64,000 nt of DNA, taken from NCBI GenBank assembly GCA_964384235.1, contig CAYLJX010000005.1, positions 5,289 to 69,288 on the forward strand, given 5' to 3'. This stretch comes from an uncultured Bdellovibrionales bacterium. Lineage in GTDB: Bacteria > Patescibacteriota > Minisyncoccia > Moranbacterales > UBA1568. Each line of letters opens with the position of its first letter. Within the stretch, counting starts at the first letter, position 1. The notes under the pieces were generated by a model. It saw only the letters and a list, made by a program, of their open reading frames with translations, was not told the origin of the DNA and searched no databases. Of the stretch, positions 42,471 to 52,475 are shown one piece after another. Both the position numbers and the translations under genes were made by a program.

Positions 42471-43732
42471 TGTCAAACTTTTTCCACACATTGAAAAACC
42501 TTGTCCCGCAGGGGATGAAGAACCGGTATCACTTGGCGCAGGCGGTCATCGCGTGCGTCGTTTTCGGTTTTCCGGCGAGGCGGTTGACTGTCATCGGTGT
42601 GACAGGGACGAACGGCAAGACGACGACGACGCAGCTCATCGCACGCATCCTGGAGAAATCAGGAAAGCGGGTAGCGCTCGCCTCGACGATCAACTTTCAG
42701 ATCGGTGAGAAGCAATGGACGAACGCGTCGAAGTTCACGACACTCTCTTCGTGGCGGATCCAGAAATTCCTGCGCGAGGCGGCCGAGGCCGGATGCGAGT
42801 ACGCCGTCATCGAGACGTCGTCGCATGCCCTCGATCAGAACCGCGTGTGGGGTATTCCCTACCGCATCGCCGTCCTCACCAACGTGACGCGCGAACATCT
42901 CGATTATCATAAGACGATGGACGAGTACCGCAAGGCCAAGTGCAAACTCTTTGAGATTGCCAAAGAGGGTGTGGTCAATCTCGATATGGAAAATCCGGAA
43001 TATTTCTGCAATCTCTCTGGAAAATCATTCCTCACCTATAGCACCAAGGACGCGCAGGCACATCTCTTCGCAAAGGATATCGAACTCGACTTCAAGGGAA
43101 CGGAATTCACCGTGGACGAGATGCGTTTCCGGTTGTCGCTCCCGGGCCTCTTCAACATCGAGAACGCGCTCGCGGCCCTTGGTGTGGCACGGCTTCTCAA
43201 GATTGATTTCGAGATTGCCAAAGTCGCGCTTGAGAGCGTGACGGGTGTGTCAGGACGGATGGAACTCGTACCCAACGACATCGGTGCGGATATTCTCATC
43301 GACTATGCCGTGACGCCCGACGCCTTTGAGAAGCTCTACGCGTCGATCCTACCTCTCAAGATTCCCGGGACCAAGATCATCCATGTTTTCGGCGCATGCG
43401 GGGAGCGTGATCGGGGCAAGCGCCCGATGCTCGGAGAGATCGCTTCCGGTTACGCCGATGTCATCATCCTTACCAACGAGGATCCGTACTACGAGGACCC
43501 GGAGCGTATCATCGATGAGATAGAAAATGGCGTAACAAAAAAGAAAAATAATTTCTACCGTATTTTCGACCGCCGCGAAGCCATCCGTCAGGCGCTCTCT
43601 CTCGCGGAGCTCGGCGACATCGTCCTCATCACCGGCAAGGGCGCGGAGGAAACGATAGCGATAGGCGACAAGCGTCTTCCCTGGAACGAACGACAGGTGA
43701 TAGAGGAGGAACTTCGCGCCTTGAAGGGATGA
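42470..43732 (+). CDS. murE: Mur ligase family protein (MurE-like UDP-MurNAc-tripeptide synthetase)
   Basis: P-loop VIGVTGTNGKTTTTQLIARIL; central and C-terminal Mur ligase domains; compact at 420 aa. Confidence 0.75.
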   Translation: MSNFFHTLKNLVPQGMKNRYHLAQAVIACVVFGFPARRLTVIGVTGTNGKTTTTQLIARILEKSGKRVALASTINFQIGEKQWTNASKFTTLSSWRIQKFLREAAEAGCEYAVIETSSHALDQNRVWGIPYRIAVLTNVTREHLDYHKTMDEYRKAKCKLFEIAKEGVVNLDMENPEYFCNLSGKSFLTYSTKDAQAHLFAKDIELDFKGTEFTVDEMRFRLSLPGLFNIENALAALGVARLLKIDFEIAKVALESVTGVSGRMELVPNDIGADILIDYAVTPDAFEKLYASILPLKIPGTKIIHVFGACGERDRGKRPMLGEIASGYADVIILTNEDPYYEDPERIIDEIENGVTKKKNNFYRIFDRREAIRQALSLAELGDIVLITGKGAEETIAIGDKRLPWNERQVIEEELRALKG

Positions 43733-43802
43733 TTCTATATATAAAAGAAAGAGCGGCCGCCTCGATGGGTCAGCCGCCCGGCTTTTTCTGCGCAAGTCCC
43801 GT

Positions 43803-44225
43803 TCAAACGGCAGGGCGAAGTCCTGCATGTTTTAGTGTCGAGTGTCTTTGAAGGACTCCTCGGAGGAGATCGGCCACGTCTTGATCTATGCCTTGATCGG
43901 TCATCGTTTCGATAAACCGTTCAGAGCAAAGCGCGATGAGATGCTGATCGAGAAAGTCGCTGATGAAGCTTAGCACGGAGGCGCGATCTTTTGTGGCTTG
44001 CAGAGTGCGGTACAGAGGAATGACTTGAGAGGAAAACTCCTCGACTTCCACGAAAGCGATGATTTCGTGGGCGGGGCAGGGAAAACCGCGTGGGTTGGCG
44101 AAGTAGTTCTCGTTGGCGCGGACCACGCAGTGGAAGTAGCCGAGATCGTCTCTCTCCAGCCTTTTTCCTAGGCAAAGGAATACCCGGATTTCGGAAACAT
44201 CTTGACTGCCGACCTGGTCTGGCAT
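43803..44225 (-). CDS. Hypothetical protein
   Basis: 140-aa ORF with a strong SD (AAGGAGAGAAccATG); convergent with murE; no recognisable motifs. Confidence 0.4.
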   Translation of the reverse strand: MPDQVGSQDVSEIRVFLCLGKRLERDDLGYFHCVVRANENYFANPRGFPCPAHEIIAFVEVEEFSSQVIPLYRTLQATKDRASVLSFISDFLDQHLIALCSERFIETMTDQGIDQDVADLLRGVLQRHSTLKHAGLRPAV

Positions 44226-44347
44226 GGTTCTCTCCTTAGCGCGTGGTGGGTGGAAGGTACTGCGAAATATTTCCCACTTTAGGGAAAAGAAAGACGGTTG
44301 TCAACAGACAACCGCCTCGGATACCAAGAAGGATTTTGAGAGAAACC

Positions 44348-44788
44348 CTACAGGGCGAGGGCGATGAAGACGATAGTCAGGACGAAGCCGACGACTCCGC
44401 CGACGATGACCTCGCTCACGCGGTGCCCCACGCGTTCCTTGAGACGGGGAAACCGCTCCTTGTCGATGTGGAGCTGCTCGACGAGCATGTTGAGGTAGCG
44501 TCCCTGATCGCCCAGGTGCATCCGGAGACGGGCAGCGTCGTCGATGACGATGAAGGCGAGCACTGCTGACAGGGCGAAGGCGCCGGTGTGCACGCCCTCA
44601 TAGTAGCCGACGGTCGTGAGGAGCGAGACGACGAGGGCGGTATGGGCGCTCGGCATGTGCCCATGAGTGAAGACGTATTCGAAATTCCAACCGTGTCTGA
44701 TGGAATAGACGACAAACTTGATGAGTTGTGTGAGGATGCCGACCGTGATCGGAATGAGGAAAACGGCGTAGTCGTTGAGCCAGGACAT
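44348..44788 (-). CDS. Divergent PAP2 family (DUF212, YuiD-like) membrane protein
   Basis: TM helices with HGHMPSAHTA, matching the HSGGMPSSHSA signature of DUF212; followed by a terminator hairpin CGGTTGTCaacaGACAACCG. Confidence 0.65.
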   Translation of the reverse strand: MSWLNDYAVFLIPITVGILTQLIKFVVYSIRHGWNFEYVFTHGHMPSAHTALVVSLLTTVGYYEGVHTGAFALSAVLAFIVIDDAARLRMHLGDQGRYLNMLVEQLHIDKERFPRLKERVGHRVSEVIVGGVVGFVLTIVFIALAL

Positions 44789-44908
44789 AGTGGTTGTGCT
44801 AGGTTTAATGGCTCCAGTATATCATGTCCCGCCACGTTCCGGCAGTTGCATTTTCCTCTTGTTTTGCTACTCTGAAGGCAAGGGGGGTCTACCATTAAAC
44901 TGAAAATT

Positions 44909-45463
44909 ATGAGTGTCTCATTGGTCATCCTGTTAGTCGCGGTATTTTTCGTCCTCTACGCGGTAGCCGTGTATAACGGCCTGGTCCGCCTCAAGATGCG
45001 CACGGAGGAGGCCTGGAGTGACATCGACGTCCAGCTCAAGCGCCGCTACGACCTCATCCCGAACCTCGTGAACACCGTCAAGGGCTACGCGACCCACGAG
45101 CGCGAGGTACTCGAAAAGGTGACCGAAGCGAGGACACGCGCCATGCAGGCCGGGAACGCCCACGACAAGGCCGAAGCGGAAAACATACTTACCGGCACGC
45201 TCAAGAGTCTCTTCGCTGTCGCGGAAAACTACCCCGATCTCAAGGCCAACCAGAACTTCCTCGAACTCCAGCGCGAGCTCTCCGACACCGAGAACAAGAT
45301 CCAGGCCGCGCGCCGCTTCTACAACGGCAACGTGATGGAGCTCAATACCAAGGTGGATTCGTTCCCGTCCAACATCGTCGCCGGGATGTTCAACTTCGGG
45401 AAGCGCGAATTCTTCGAACTCGAGGAGGAAGCCGCCAAAGAACCGGTCAAGGTCCAGTTTTAG
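44909..45463 (+). CDS. lemA: LemA family protein
   Basis: N-terminal TM helix then [30 protein letters not shown], typical of LemA; upstream of htpX as commonly seen. Confidence 0.85.
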   Translation: MSVSLVILLVAVFFVLYAVAVYNGLVRLKMRTEEAWSDIDVQLKRRYDLIPNLVNTVKGYATHEREVLEKVTEARTRAMQAGNAHDKAEAENILTGTLKSLFAVAENYPDLKANQNFLELQRELSDTENKIQAARRFYNGNVMELNTKVDSFPSNIVAGMFNFGKREFFELEEEAAKEPVKVQF

Positions 45464-45571
45464 AATCAAGAATCAGGAATCAGGAATCAGGAATGGAAAG
45501 AGAACTCTTTCCATTTTTGTACTAAAGCATTCATAATTCTTGATTCATAATTCTCAATTCTTCCTCATCCT

Positions 45572-46477
45572 ATGGCTACGCTCTACAACCAATACGACAA
45601 GAACAGCCGGCTCACCTGGGTCTACCTCACTTTGTTCCTGGTCCTGGTCATCGGGGTGGGGTATATCTTCGCCGGGGCCTTCGGCGACAGTTCCATCCTC
45701 TATATCGCCGTCATCGTCTCGATCCTCATGAGTTTCGCCTCCTACTGGTGGAGCGACAAGATCGTCCTCTCCATGAGCGGCGCGCACGAGGTCGATCCCA
45801 AGGATCCGAACGGTCTCGAGCTCTACCGTCTCGTGGAGAACCTCGCCATCACGGCAGGACTCCCGACGCCCAAGGTATACATCATCGAAGACACGGCCAT
45901 GAACGCTTTCGCCACTGGTCGCAATCCCGAGCACGGTGTCATCTGCTTCACGACCGGCATCATCAACCGTTTGGAACGGAACGAACTGGAAGGTGTGGCG
46001 GCGCACGAGCTCTCGCACATCGGCAATCGTGATACGCTCGTATCGACAGTCGTCGTCATCCTGGTCGGCATCGTGGCGCTCCTCGCGGACTGGTTCCGTC
46101 ACATGGCATTCTGGGGAGCGGGGAACCGCGACAACGACAACCGTAGCGGGCAGGCACAAGTGATCTTCTTTGTCATCGGGATCGTGCTCTCTATCCTGGC
46201 GCCGATCGCCGCGACCTTGATCCAGCTCGCGATTTCGAGGAAGCGCGAGTTTTTGGCGGATGCCTCCGGCGCGCTTCTCACGCGCTACCCCGAGGGTTTG
46301 GCTTCGGCCCTCCAAAAGATTTCCGGTGACACGGAACCCCTGGAGGCGGCCAACCGCGCCACCGCCCATCTCTACATCGCCAACCCCTTCAAGGGGAAAA
46401 ATATCGCCAAGCTCTTCATGACCCACCCGCCTATGGAAGAACGCATCGCCGCGCTCCGAGGAATGGAAGTGAAATAA
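45572..46477 (+). CDS. htpX: Zinc metalloprotease HtpX (M48)
   Basis: Four TM helices; HELSH zinc motif (AAHELSHIGNRD); typical HtpX C-terminal region. Confidence 0.88.
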   Translation: MATLYNQYDKNSRLTWVYLTLFLVLVIGVGYIFAGAFGDSSILYIAVIVSILMSFASYWWSDKIVLSMSGAHEVDPKDPNGLELYRLVENLAITAGLPTPKVYIIEDTAMNAFATGRNPEHGVICFTTGIINRLERNELEGVAAHELSHIGNRDTLVSTVVVILVGIVALLADWFRHMAFWGAGNRDNDNRSGQAQVIFFVIGIVLSILAPIAATLIQLAISRKREFLADASGALLTRYPEGLASALQKISGDTEPLEAANRATAHLYIANPFKGKNIAKLFMTHPPMEERIAALRGMEVK

Positions 46478-46490
46478 ACCAGGTAGGAGC

Positions 46491-46664
46491 GTCTTCCGTA
46501 ATTTCTTTTTTCTTCCCTTTCCTTCCGCCGAACATGTCCGACTCACTCTGCCGAACGGGGAGCTGTCCTGTCGAGACCATCCGTCACGCTCGACCGTTAC
46601 CGGCTCGCTCGTCGCACATGTGACCGACGTCAGCTGGCGAAGAGAAAAAGAAATTACGGAAGAC
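46491..46664. repeat. MITE-like element: 25-bp terminal inverted repeats flanking ~123 bp
   Basis: GTCTTCCGTAATTTCTTTTTTCTTC (46491-46515) versus its reverse complement GAAGAGAAAAAGAAATTACGGAAGAC (46639-46664), with one indel. Confidence 0.5.
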
Positions 46665-46674
46665 TTCTTTGCTT

Positions 46675-47190
46675 ATGTCGTCTCCTTATCAGGAATTTGC
46701 ACAAAAGGCGAGAGAGCGCTTTCTGGAAAAACGGAAGAAGATGGCGGCAGGGACGGGGCAGTACCAGTTCACGATGCACGCGCAGTACAAGATGCGGCAG
46801 TACGGTCTCTCCGAACAGCGCGTGAAGAGCGTCATCAGAAGTCCTAAGCGTCGCGAGGAAGGCATCGTAAAAGATACCGTCGCCGTCATGCAACCGGTCT
46901 CCGTGAAGCGCAGCACCGACGGTAAGGAGGCATGGAAACAGGAGATATGGGTGATGTTTGTTGTAAAAGGTGCTAGGCAAGAGGCAAAAGATAATAGGCG
47001 GAAAATGGCAGAGAGCAAGAAGAGAGGCGTTGAAAAAAGTTCTATTGCCTATCCTCTCCTGCCTTCTGCCTACAAAGTAATCAGTGCCTGGCGGTACCCG
47101 GGAGTCAGCCCGAAACGCAACCCTATTCCTGAAGATATTTTGCGGGAACTGGAAGATGGGAGTATACTGGGGGAAGAGGAGGGGGTTTAA
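46675..47190 (+). CDS. Hypothetical protein
   Basis: ATG 46675 (MSSPYQEF...) lies just inside the TTG track start; basic, with no confident motifs. Confidence 0.4.
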   Translation: MSSPYQEFAQKARERFLEKRKKMAAGTGQYQFTMHAQYKMRQYGLSEQRVKSVIRSPKRREEGIVKDTVAVMQPVSVKRSTDGKEAWKQEIWVMFVVKGARQEAKDNRRKMAESKKRGVEKSSIAYPLLPSAYKVISAWRYPGVSPKRNPIPEDILRELEDGSILGEEEGV

Positions 47191-47214
47191 TATTAAGAAT
47201 TAAATTCCAGTAGT

Positions 47215-47601
47215 ATGGAAGGAGAAAACATGCAGCAGGGGATGGGGGGGGAGCAGGGAGCACCGCAGCAGGCTCCGATGGGCGGACAGAGCGACGCGGA
47301 GCAGAACAAGGTCATGGCGATCGTCGGATACATCATCCCGATCCTGTTCTTCATCCCGCTTGTGACCGATGCCAAGAACAGCCCGTTTGCCAAGTTCCAT
47401 GCCAACCAGCAGCTCGTGCTCCTTTTGGCGGGTATCGCGGTGAACGTCGTCGGAACGATCATTCCGGTCCTCGGTTGGTTCATCATCCTGCCGCTCGGAA
47501 CGATCGCCCTCATCGTGTTGGCCGTCATGGGTATCATCCATGCCGCCAAGGCCGAGATGAAGCCGCTTCCACTTATCGGCAGCTTCTCGATTATCAAATA
47601 A
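47215..47601 (+). CDS. Small membrane protein, DUF4870-like
   Basis: Gly/Gln-rich N-terminus, then KVMAIVGYIIPILFFIPL...FAKFHANQQLVLLLAG and two more TM helices. Confidence 0.5.
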   Translation: MEGENMQQGMGGEQGAPQQAPMGGQSDAEQNKVMAIVGYIIPILFFIPLVTDAKNSPFAKFHANQQLVLLLAGIAVNVVGTIIPVLGWFIILPLGTIALIVLAVMGIIHAAKAEMKPLPLIGSFSIIK

Positions 47602-47616
47602 CCCTGAGCTTGTCGA

Positions 47617-47641
47617 AGGGTCATCCCGGACTCGATCCGGG
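47617..47641. repeat. Short hairpin repeat, family C, copy 2
   Basis: Same TCATCCCGGACTCGATCCGGGATC hairpin as at 37941; followed by the terminator GACCCCGATttttATCGGGGTttttt (47652-47690). Confidence 0.45.
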
Positions 47642-47720
47642 ATCTCGTAGAAACACCAAAAAGACCCCGATTTTTATCGGGGTTTTTGCTTTTTATAAGC
47701 CACAAATCATCTCTCTAGTC

Positions 47721-47749
47721 TTGACAGGACCCGTTTTTTGGAGTATACT
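47721..47749 (+). promoter_or_regulatory. Near-consensus sigma70-type promoter for the lipoprotein gene
   Basis: TTGACA, 17-nt spacer, TATACT; the downstream SD GAGGAGAG precedes ATG 47824. Confidence 0.55.
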
Positions 47750-47823
47750 ATATGGTCAAGTAAGATCTTTGACAATTATCAATCAGGCACGACCCGTGCC
47801 GCCTTCCTCTGAGGAGAGAAATC

Positions 47824-48240
47824 ATGTTTGCGAATATCATCAAGGGTCTGGTGGCTGCGGTTCTCGCCTCGCTGCTGTCCGGCTGTTTGCTGACGACTGG
47901 TGGTCCGCGCTACCAAGGCGAAATCGAACGGGTACAGGATCGGATCGTGGAGAATGCTGTCGATGCTACCACGTGCGGTGCCTCGTCTCTGATGGACAAG
48001 GCAGTGCAGCGGCTGGTGGCACGCGGTAACAGCTACAACAACTACGCGAACCAGGCGAACTTCATCGCCTGCCGCGCTCAAGAACGCGCCCAGCGCCAGC
48101 AGGAATATTGGCAAGCGCAGGCTCGCGCCGAGCAACGCCGCATGGAGCAGCGCCAGAACGCCCCGCAGTGTTACTACACGAAGCAAGGAGGCAAAGTGCA
48201 GGAATACTGCACGGAACGCGTCTACGAGCAGTGGAGGTGA
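47824..48240 (+). CDS. Lipoprotein, hypothetical
   Basis: Signal peptide with lipobox LLSGC; Gln/Arg-rich coiled C-terminal half; four Cys. Confidence 0.55.
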   Translation: MFANIIKGLVAAVLASLLSGCLLTTGGPRYQGEIERVQDRIVENAVDATTCGASSLMDKAVQRLVARGNSYNNYANQANFIACRAQERAQRQQEYWQAQARAEQRRMEQRQNAPQCYYTKQGGKVQEYCTERVYEQWR

Positions 48241-48395
48241 CAGAACATCGTTACCCTCCACAAGACCGGTTGTTCAAGAAGAAGCAATTCTTCGAGAGCA
48301 GCCGGTTTTTACATTCCTGCGGAATATTTTTTAAGGTATACTGGATATGAATTCATCCTACTGCCTACGACCTAATACCTAATGTCTGTTCAAAA

Positions 48396-49835
48396 ATGAA
48401 ACAAACAAAAATCGTCGCGACCATCGGGCCGGCATCGGAATCCAAAGAGATGCTCCGGAAACTCGTCGAGGCCGGCATGAACGTCGTACGGCTCAACTTC
48501 TCCCACGGCGAACACGCGTGGCATAGGGACATCATCAACCGCGTGCGCGAGCTCTCTCATGAGCTCAATCTTCCCATCGGTATCCTTGCCGACCTCCAGG
48601 GGCCGCGCATCCGTACGGAAGTGAAGGATGAACACAAGGTGAAAAAAGGCGACATGTTCCGTGTGAGCGACATCGGCAAGAAAGAGACGCTTACCATCGA
48701 CGATGCACAGGAGAACGAGCCGATGGTGCTTCTCGATATGCCGGGTATCGCGAGCGACCTGCAAGTCGGACATATGATCCTCATCGAGGACGGGACGCTC
48801 CAGCTCAAGGTGATCGAAGTCAGAGACAGCTTCGTGCGAGCCGAGGTGCAAAACGACGGCACGCTCAAGAATCGGAAAGGCGTGATCCTGCCGGACTCGA
48901 AGCTTACTCTTCCGATTCTCTCCGAGAAGGACAAGAAGGATCTCGCGTTCGTACTCGAGGAAGGGGTGGATTTCGTAGGATTGTCCTTTGTCGGATCGGC
49001 GGAGGATATCGCGAGTGTGCGCGAGGAGATGAAACATGTCCTCGGCGAGGGTGCGAATTTCCCGCAGCTCGTCTCCAAGATCGAGCGCAAGGAAGCCATC
49101 AAGAATCTCGCAAGCATCATCCAGGCGTCGGACGCGGTGATGGTGGCACGCGGCGATCTCGGTATCGAGATGCCGGAGTCGGAAGTGGTCATCCTCCAGA
49201 AGGAGATCATCGCCGAGAGTCTCAGGGCCATGAAGCCGGTCATCGTCGCGACGCAGATGATGAAGTCCATGACGGAGAATCCGCAGCCGACGCGGGCCGA
49301 AGTCTCGGACGTGTCCAACGCGGTCATCGATCATGCCGACGCGGTGATGCTCTCCGAGGAATCGGCTATGGGCAAGTATCCGGTGGAGACGGTCGCCATG
49401 ATGCGGGAAATCATCGAGAAGACCGAAGAATCTCCCTTCGACGATCTCTACCAGGCGCTCGACCTCAACTTTCGAAGCGAATATGCGGTCATGATCCGAA
49501 GCGTCTACGAACTGGCCAAAAGTTTTCGCACCAAGGCGATCCTCCTTCTCTCCATGAGCGGATTCACGGCGCGGCTTCTCTCTCACTTCCGTCCGGAAAG
49601 CAGGCTCTACGTCGCGACCAACAGTCGCTCGACCTGGCAGCAGCTCTCCCTCGTGTGGGGCATCGACCCGTACCTCTTCGATGGTGATCAGGAGCTCGAT
49701 ACCCTCGTCGAACGTCTCATGCAGGCGACGGAAACAGATGGGAAACTGAGCCGTGGCGACCAGGTCGTCGTCTTCCATGGCCGCACGCCGGACCAGGAGA
49801 CGCTCAAACTTGTCGGAATCAGGGAAATACGATAG
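48396..49835 (+). CDS. pyk: Pyruvate kinase
   Basis: MKQTKIVATIGPASESKEMLRKLVEAGMNVVRLNFSHG and MVARGDLGIEMP motifs. Confidence 0.95.
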   Translation: MKQTKIVATIGPASESKEMLRKLVEAGMNVVRLNFSHGEHAWHRDIINRVRELSHELNLPIGILADLQGPRIRTEVKDEHKVKKGDMFRVSDIGKKETLTIDDAQENEPMVLLDMPGIASDLQVGHMILIEDGTLQLKVIEVRDSFVRAEVQNDGTLKNRKGVILPDSKLTLPILSEKDKKDLAFVLEEGVDFVGLSFVGSAEDIASVREEMKHVLGEGANFPQLVSKIERKEAIKNLASIIQASDAVMVARGDLGIEMPESEVVILQKEIIAESLRAMKPVIVATQMMKSMTENPQPTRAEVSDVSNAVIDHADAVMLSEESAMGKYPVETVAMMREIIEKTEESPFDDLYQALDLNFRSEYAVMIRSVYELAKSFRTKAILLLSMSGFTARLLSHFRPESRLYVATNSRSTWQQLSLVWGIDPYLFDGDQELDTLVERLMQATETDGKLSRGDQVVVFHGRTPDQETLKLVGIREIR

Positions 49836-49853
49836 ACTGCCTTGCGTACTTTT

Positions 49854-49940
49854 GGAAAGGTGGCCGAGTGGTTTAAGGTACTTGCTTGGAAAGCAAGCGT
49901 AGGGGAAACCCTACCGAGGGTTCGAATCCCTCCCTTTCCG
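49854..49940 (+). tRNA. tRNA-Ser (anticodon GGA)
   Basis: Hand fold: acceptor stem GGAAAGG/CCTTTCC, D-arm GCCGAGTGGTTTAAGGT, anticodon arm CTTGC-TTGGAAA-GCAAG, long variable arm CGTAGGGGAAACCCTACCG, T-arm GAGGG-TTCGAAT-CCCTC; CCA not encoded. Confidence 0.85.
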
Positions 49941-50040
49941 CCTTGTGCGGGAAAAAGTTTACCTGCCGGAGGCAGGTAAACGCAGGGAAATCCATCCCTC
50001 ATCACTCTAATTTTTTTAACAAGCTTTAAGGGGAAAAGCT

Positions 50041-50364
50041 ATGAAGGATATGATCAATGGGTTTTTCGAATTCATCCGGACGCAGGGGGTCATCGGTCTC
50101 GCGGTCGGTTTTATCCTGGGCGGCGCCGTGTCCAAGGTGGTGACGGCCCTGGTGACGGATATCATCAATCCGCTCCTCGGTATCGTGCTCGGGGCGGCCG
50201 AAGGGTTGAAGACGGCGAAACTGAGTGTCGCCGGATCAGAAATCCTCTGGGGGGACTTCGTGGCGGTACTGATCGATTTCATCATCATCTCCGCGGTCGT
50301 GTACTTCGGCGTGAAGGGGGTCGGCCTCGACAAACTCGACAAGAAGAAAGAGGAAAAGAAATAA
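50041..50364 (+). CDS. mscL: Large-conductance mechanosensitive channel
   Basis: 107 aa; MKDMINGFFEFIRTQGVIGLAVGFILGGA... is the canonical MscL TM1. Confidence 0.9.
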   Translation: MKDMINGFFEFIRTQGVIGLAVGFILGGAVSKVVTALVTDIINPLLGIVLGAAEGLKTAKLSVAGSEILWGDFVAVLIDFIIISAVVYFGVKGVGLDKLDKKKEEKK

Positions 50365-50526
50365 GTATCGCGGTTTTTTCGAACAATATCATCGTGCGCA
50401 CGATTTCCAGCGGCCGTTAGAAAATGTGTGCAAAAAGGAGAAGTCTCTGTCGATCGGCAGGGATTTTTCGTTTTCTCAAAAAGAGGGGTATAATGCCGGG
50501 TGAACTTTACTCGTAACGATGTATCT

Positions 50527-51669
50527 ATGAAAAAGAACGATTTTGGAAAAAAAGCGCTTGCCGTCCACAAAAAACTCAAAGGAAAAGTCGAAATCAGGCC
50601 GAAAGCCAAGGTGACAAACAAGGCGGACTTGAGTGTCTATTACACACCCGGCGTGGCCGCCGTCTCGTCATATCTCGCGACGCACAAGGACAAACTGCGC
50701 GATTATACGATGAAGCGCAACACCGTGGCGGTCATCTCGGACGGATCGGCGGTCTTGGGGCTCGGGAACATCGGCCCGGAAGGGGCGCTCCCCGTGATGG
50801 AGGGGAAAGCCATGCTCTTCAAGGCCTTGGCGGATGTCGACGCCATTCCGATTGTCCTCGACACGCAGGAGACCGACGAGATCATCTCGACCATCCGGCA
50901 CATCGCCCCGGCGTTCGGCGGGATCAATCTTGAGGATATCGCCGCACCGCAGTGTTTCGAAGTGGAACGGAGACTTCATGAAGTGCTCGACATTCCGGTC
51001 ATGCACGACGATCAGCACGGGACGGCCATGGTGGTGCTCGCCGGTCTCATCAATGCCTTCAAGGTGGTGAAGAAGAACCCGAAGAAATCAACGGTGGTCG
51101 TGGTCGGAGCGGGAGCGGCGGGAAATGCTATTACCAGTCTTCTGTTGAAGTTCGGTATCGGGAACCTCATCATGGTGGACAGTCGCGGCATCGTGAGCGT
51201 CGATCGCAATGATATGAACCCTTTCAAGGTGGCCATCGCCCGCGTGACCAACAAGGAAAAGCGCACCGGGTCGCTCGACGAGGCGCTCAAGGGTGCGGAT
51301 GCGCTCGTCGGCGTGTCCAAGGGCGGTGCGGTGACGGCGGCTCATGTCAAAAGCATGGCCAAGGACCCGATCATCTTCGCGCTGGCCAATCCGACGCCGG
51401 AAATCATGCCGGATGTCGCCACAAAGGCCGGGGCGGCGGTCGTGGCCACCGGACGATCGGATTTTTCCAACCAGATCAACAACTCGCTCGGCTTCCCCGG
51501 TATCTTCCGCGGCGCGCTCGATCACGGTGTGAAACAGATCACGGAGGAAATGCTCTTGAAGGCGGCCAAGAATCTCGCGGCGCTCGTCAAAAAGCCGGCC
51601 AAAGAATCAATCATTCCCAACACCTTTGACAAGCGCGTCGTCAAAGCTGTCGCTTCCGCAATCCGCTAG
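50527..51669 (+). CDS. NAD(P)-dependent malic enzyme (short form)
   Basis: Start at ATG 50527, downstream of a TATAAT at 50489-50494; the track GTG start overlaps that promoter. Motifs LSVYYTPGVAAV and VVVGAGAAGNAI (Rossmann). Confidence 0.88.
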   Translation: MKKNDFGKKALAVHKKLKGKVEIRPKAKVTNKADLSVYYTPGVAAVSSYLATHKDKLRDYTMKRNTVAVISDGSAVLGLGNIGPEGALPVMEGKAMLFKALADVDAIPIVLDTQETDEIISTIRHIAPAFGGINLEDIAAPQCFEVERRLHEVLDIPVMHDDQHGTAMVVLAGLINAFKVVKKNPKKSTVVVVGAGAAGNAITSLLLKFGIGNLIMVDSRGIVSVDRNDMNPFKVAIARVTNKEKRTGSLDEALKGADALVGVSKGGAVTAAHVKSMAKDPIIFALANPTPEIMPDVATKAGAAVVATGRSDFSNQINNSLGFPGIFRGALDHGVKQITEEMLLKAAKNLAALVKKPAKESIIPNTFDKRVVKAVASAIR

Positions 51670-51741
51670 TTTAGCGGTAAAAAATTCTTCGATTGTTGAA
51701 AAATTTGTATGTTATAATGGAGGTACTTAAAAAACTCCATT

Positions 51742-52323
51742 ATGGAAAATCCATACGTTTCTTCGTCATCGTCGGTTCCGGTGAAACGGCACTCCGGCGT
51801 CGTCAAGTGGGCGCTCGTCATCGGTATCGCCATCGTCATCAACCTCTTTCTCACGTACCTCGTGCGTGTGATCTATCACGAGCCGGAATTCGAGGGTTTC
51901 TGCCCCGAGGAGCAGGTCAACGAAGCCATCGAGACGAAAGATGAGTGTCTCCAGGTGGGCGGGCAGTGGAACGAGAACGTCGATGCCAAGCGTCCGATGA
52001 TCCAGGGAGAGACCCCGCAGCCTATTGGTTATTGCAACCCGAACTTCACCTGCAGCAGGAATTACGAGGAGGCGGCCAAAGTCTACAACCGGAACGTCTT
52101 CATCGTGTTCGTGACGGTAGGGATCCTACTTCTGGTCGCAAGTATCTTTCTTTCCGGAGTGGAAGCCATCTCGCTCGGTCTCTCCTTCGGCGGCGTGCTC
52201 GCGCTCGTCGTCGGGTCCATGTGGTACTGGTCGGATATGAACGATATCCTGCGCGTCATCGTTCTGGGTGCGGCGCTTCTAGGATTGTTGTTTGTTACTT
52301 GGAAGAAATTCAGAAACGAATAG
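51742..52323 (+). CDS. Hypothetical membrane protein (3 TM, Cys-containing extracytoplasmic loop)
   Basis: 193-aa ORF with hydrophobic helices; no family assignment. Confidence 0.4.
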   Translation: MENPYVSSSSSVPVKRHSGVVKWALVIGIAIVINLFLTYLVRVIYHEPEFEGFCPEEQVNEAIETKDECLQVGGQWNENVDAKRPMIQGETPQPIGYCNPNFTCSRNYEEAAKVYNRNVFIVFVTVGILLLVASIFLSGVEAISLGLSFGGVLALVVGSMWYWSDMNDILRVIVLGAALLGLLFVTWKKFRNE

Positions 52324-52333
52324 AGAAATCTTT

Positions 52334-52439
52334 CTATTTGGCGCATTCCTTCGTTGCAAGCTCCGGTGCTCGACGCCGTACTTGCATCAGTACGGCTTTC
52401 TCTACTCCTCACTTGCGCCTCGGACTGCATCCAAATATG
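52334..52439. repeat. Structured intergenic repeat, family A, copy 2
   Basis: Near-identical to 25565-25692 apart from a ~30-nt internal indel. Confidence 0.6.
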
Positions 52440-52475
52440 AAAATTTTCGTAAAAAGAAGGTAGTTTCAGTTACAT

